DNA from: a virus
Lineage: Duplodnaviria > Heunggongvirae > Uroviricota > Caudoviricetes
Virus record (IMG/VR): IMGVR_UViG_2695420763_000015
Length of the DNA: 8,039 bases
Reading direction: 5' to 3' (one strand)
Shown: positions 6,980 through 8,039 of the stretch, in pieces
Layout of the letters: every line of letters begins with the position of its first letter
Position numbering within the stretch: position 1 is the first letter of the stretch
Program-made: the position numbers and the translations under genes
Notes under the pieces: model-generated
What the model saw: the letters and a program-made list of their open reading frames with translations, nothing else
Databases searched by the model: none
What the model was told of the DNA's origin: nothing

Positions 6980-7521
6980 TAGTTATCTCCGTCATGGTAA
7001 ACAAATTTATAAATCTGATGCGCGGGTTTATATTTCTCCAGTAAACATTCCAGCGCACCCGATTCATAAACACGTAACGGCGTCAGAACATTATCCAGCA
7101 CCGTTGCGTTGCGATAATTTTTAATACCGTAAATATTGACCTGCGTAACCCACTGGCCTTCTGTGGAATCCGTCAGCCTGACGGTAAAACCGTACTGCGC
7201 AGCCAGCCATTCATAAAAGCGCCGACTCAGATTGCCGGTCATACGCATTTTATTTGCGGCAGCCCGCTGGCGTTCTGACAGGGTGCCGTTTTCGCTGGTA
7301 CAGTCCGGCAACCCCAGAAATGATTCCCACTCACCCAGATACCAGCGGGATGTGGACGGGAAACGCTCCCGCAGCATTTGCCGCGCATCATCCGCCGCAG
7401 TGGCAATCACGTCGCTGATGGCCTGCGCCAGCGCAGATAATTTGCTGTCGGGGCTTTTATTCCAGGCAAGCCCTGACGGCAGTAATTGCAGAAAGGCCGT
7501 CTGATAGGGTGTTACAGCCAT
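6979..7521 (-). CDS. Tail/baseplate protein (Mu gp48-like, P2 gpI-like family)
   Basis: 180-aa ORF immediately upstream of the tail fiber gene and overlapping the upstream baseplate J-like ORF by about 10 nt, which suggests translational coupling. Position and size match the gene preceding S in Mu-like phages. Family assignment from recall, not a search. Confidence 0.75.
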   Translation of the reverse strand: MAVTPYQTAFLQLLPSGLAWNKSPDSKLSALAQAISDVIATAADDARQMLRERFPSTSRWYLGEWESFLGLPDCTSENGTLSERQRAAANKMRMTGNLSRRFYEWLAAQYGFTVRLTDSTEGQWVTQVNIYGIKNYRNATVLDNVLTPLRVYESGALECLLEKYKPAHQIYKFVYHDGDN

Positions 7522-8039
7522 TCAATTGTCCCCGGTGTTAACAGTTCCGTATTCTCCGAACGCTGGATCTCTGTCGGGAAACGCACTTCAAAATCATCCA
7601 GACCGGTAACACCTGCCACCGCACGGATAATACGGGAGGGGGCAAGTGCGCCGCCCGGCGTCACCTCATTAAAAAACATGGTATTAATGGCGTGAGTAAT
7701 AGCCTGTTTCAGTTCGGCTGTCTTCGGTGATATATAAATCCGTGGATTTACCGGCTTTGCCTTTGGCGCAAATACAGTGACATTTACACCGTCAGGCCGT
7801 CCGACAATCAGGCCGGTTATCGGGTCTGTATGACCGGCGATATAATCCGCCACGCGTTCCACGTCTGCCGGTTGTGGAAAAATATTGCTCCGGTTATCCA
7901 TAACAAACGTCACCCCGACTGTGCCACCGCCTTTCCATGTCGGAAAACACCAGGCACGGGTAACGCCGCTGACTTCACGTGCCCAGCGAACGTAATCAAA
8001 CTGATTACCGCCGAGGCCAATCGCCGCCGCCCCCTGCAC
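7512..8039 (-). CDS. Baseplate J-like protein (Mu gp47-like), C-terminal part only; the ORF continues beyond the right window edge
   Basis: Open frame runs to the window boundary with no start codon in the window. Assignment is from its position upstream of the gp48-like and tail fiber genes and its general baseplate-J-like character. Confidence 0.65.
   Translation of the reverse strand: MQGAAAIGLGGNQFDYVRWAREVSGVTRAWCFPTWKGGGTVGVTFVMDNRSNIFPQPADVERVADYIAGHTDPITGLIVGRPDGVNVTVFAPKAKPVNPRIYISPKTAELKQAITHAINTMFFNEVTPGGALAPSRIIRAVAGVTGLDDFEVRFPTEIQRSENTELLTPGTIEWL

Noticed and set aside
1578-7180. Diversity-generating retroelement (template/variable repeat pair) acting on the tail fiber C-terminus
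   Set aside because: The repeated blocks are essentially identical, with no adenine-specific mismatches, and no reverse transcriptase ORF is present. The repeats are explained by gix-associated duplication.
7232-7695. + strand ORFs (90 aa, 69 aa) antisense to the gp48-like and baseplate J-like genes
   Set aside because: Antisense to a tightly packed, translationally coupled late operon, with no supporting signals.
1-8039. CRISPR array, tRNA or rRNA genes
   Set aside because: I saw no regularly spaced short direct repeats and no tRNA-like or rRNA-like structure. The window is densely protein-coding phage DNA.

Overview
This window is the right-end accessory region of a Mu-like (Muvirus) prophage, lying in reverse orientation to the conventional Mu map. 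On the minus strand it carries mom (1..738), com (659..847) and the Gin serine invertase gene (930..1523); at the right edge are the tail fiber gene S (5426..6979), a gp48-like baseplate gene (6979..7521) and the 3' part of a baseplate J-like gene (7512..8039). Between them is the invertible G-segment (tail fiber variable cassettes Sv/U and S'v/U'), but it is not canonical. There are three gix crossover sites instead of two (about 1578..1603, 3362..3387 and 6458..6483). About 1.78 kb (3' end of gene 48, the constant part of S, gix, Sv and the first 9 codons of U) is present twice, in circularly permuted and inverted form, with an illegitimate junction near 2663/2665. As a result there are two full-length tail fiber ORFs with identical N-terminal constant regions on opposite strands, plus a third, promoterless Sv cassette next to gin. 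The layout is what a tandem duplication spanning the inside gix site followed by Gin inversions would produce. I cannot exclude an assembly artefact of an invertible region, since the copies look essentially identical. All calls rest on reading the sequence and the supplied ORF track; no database search was run, and coordinates of hand-located motifs may be off by 1-2 bp.
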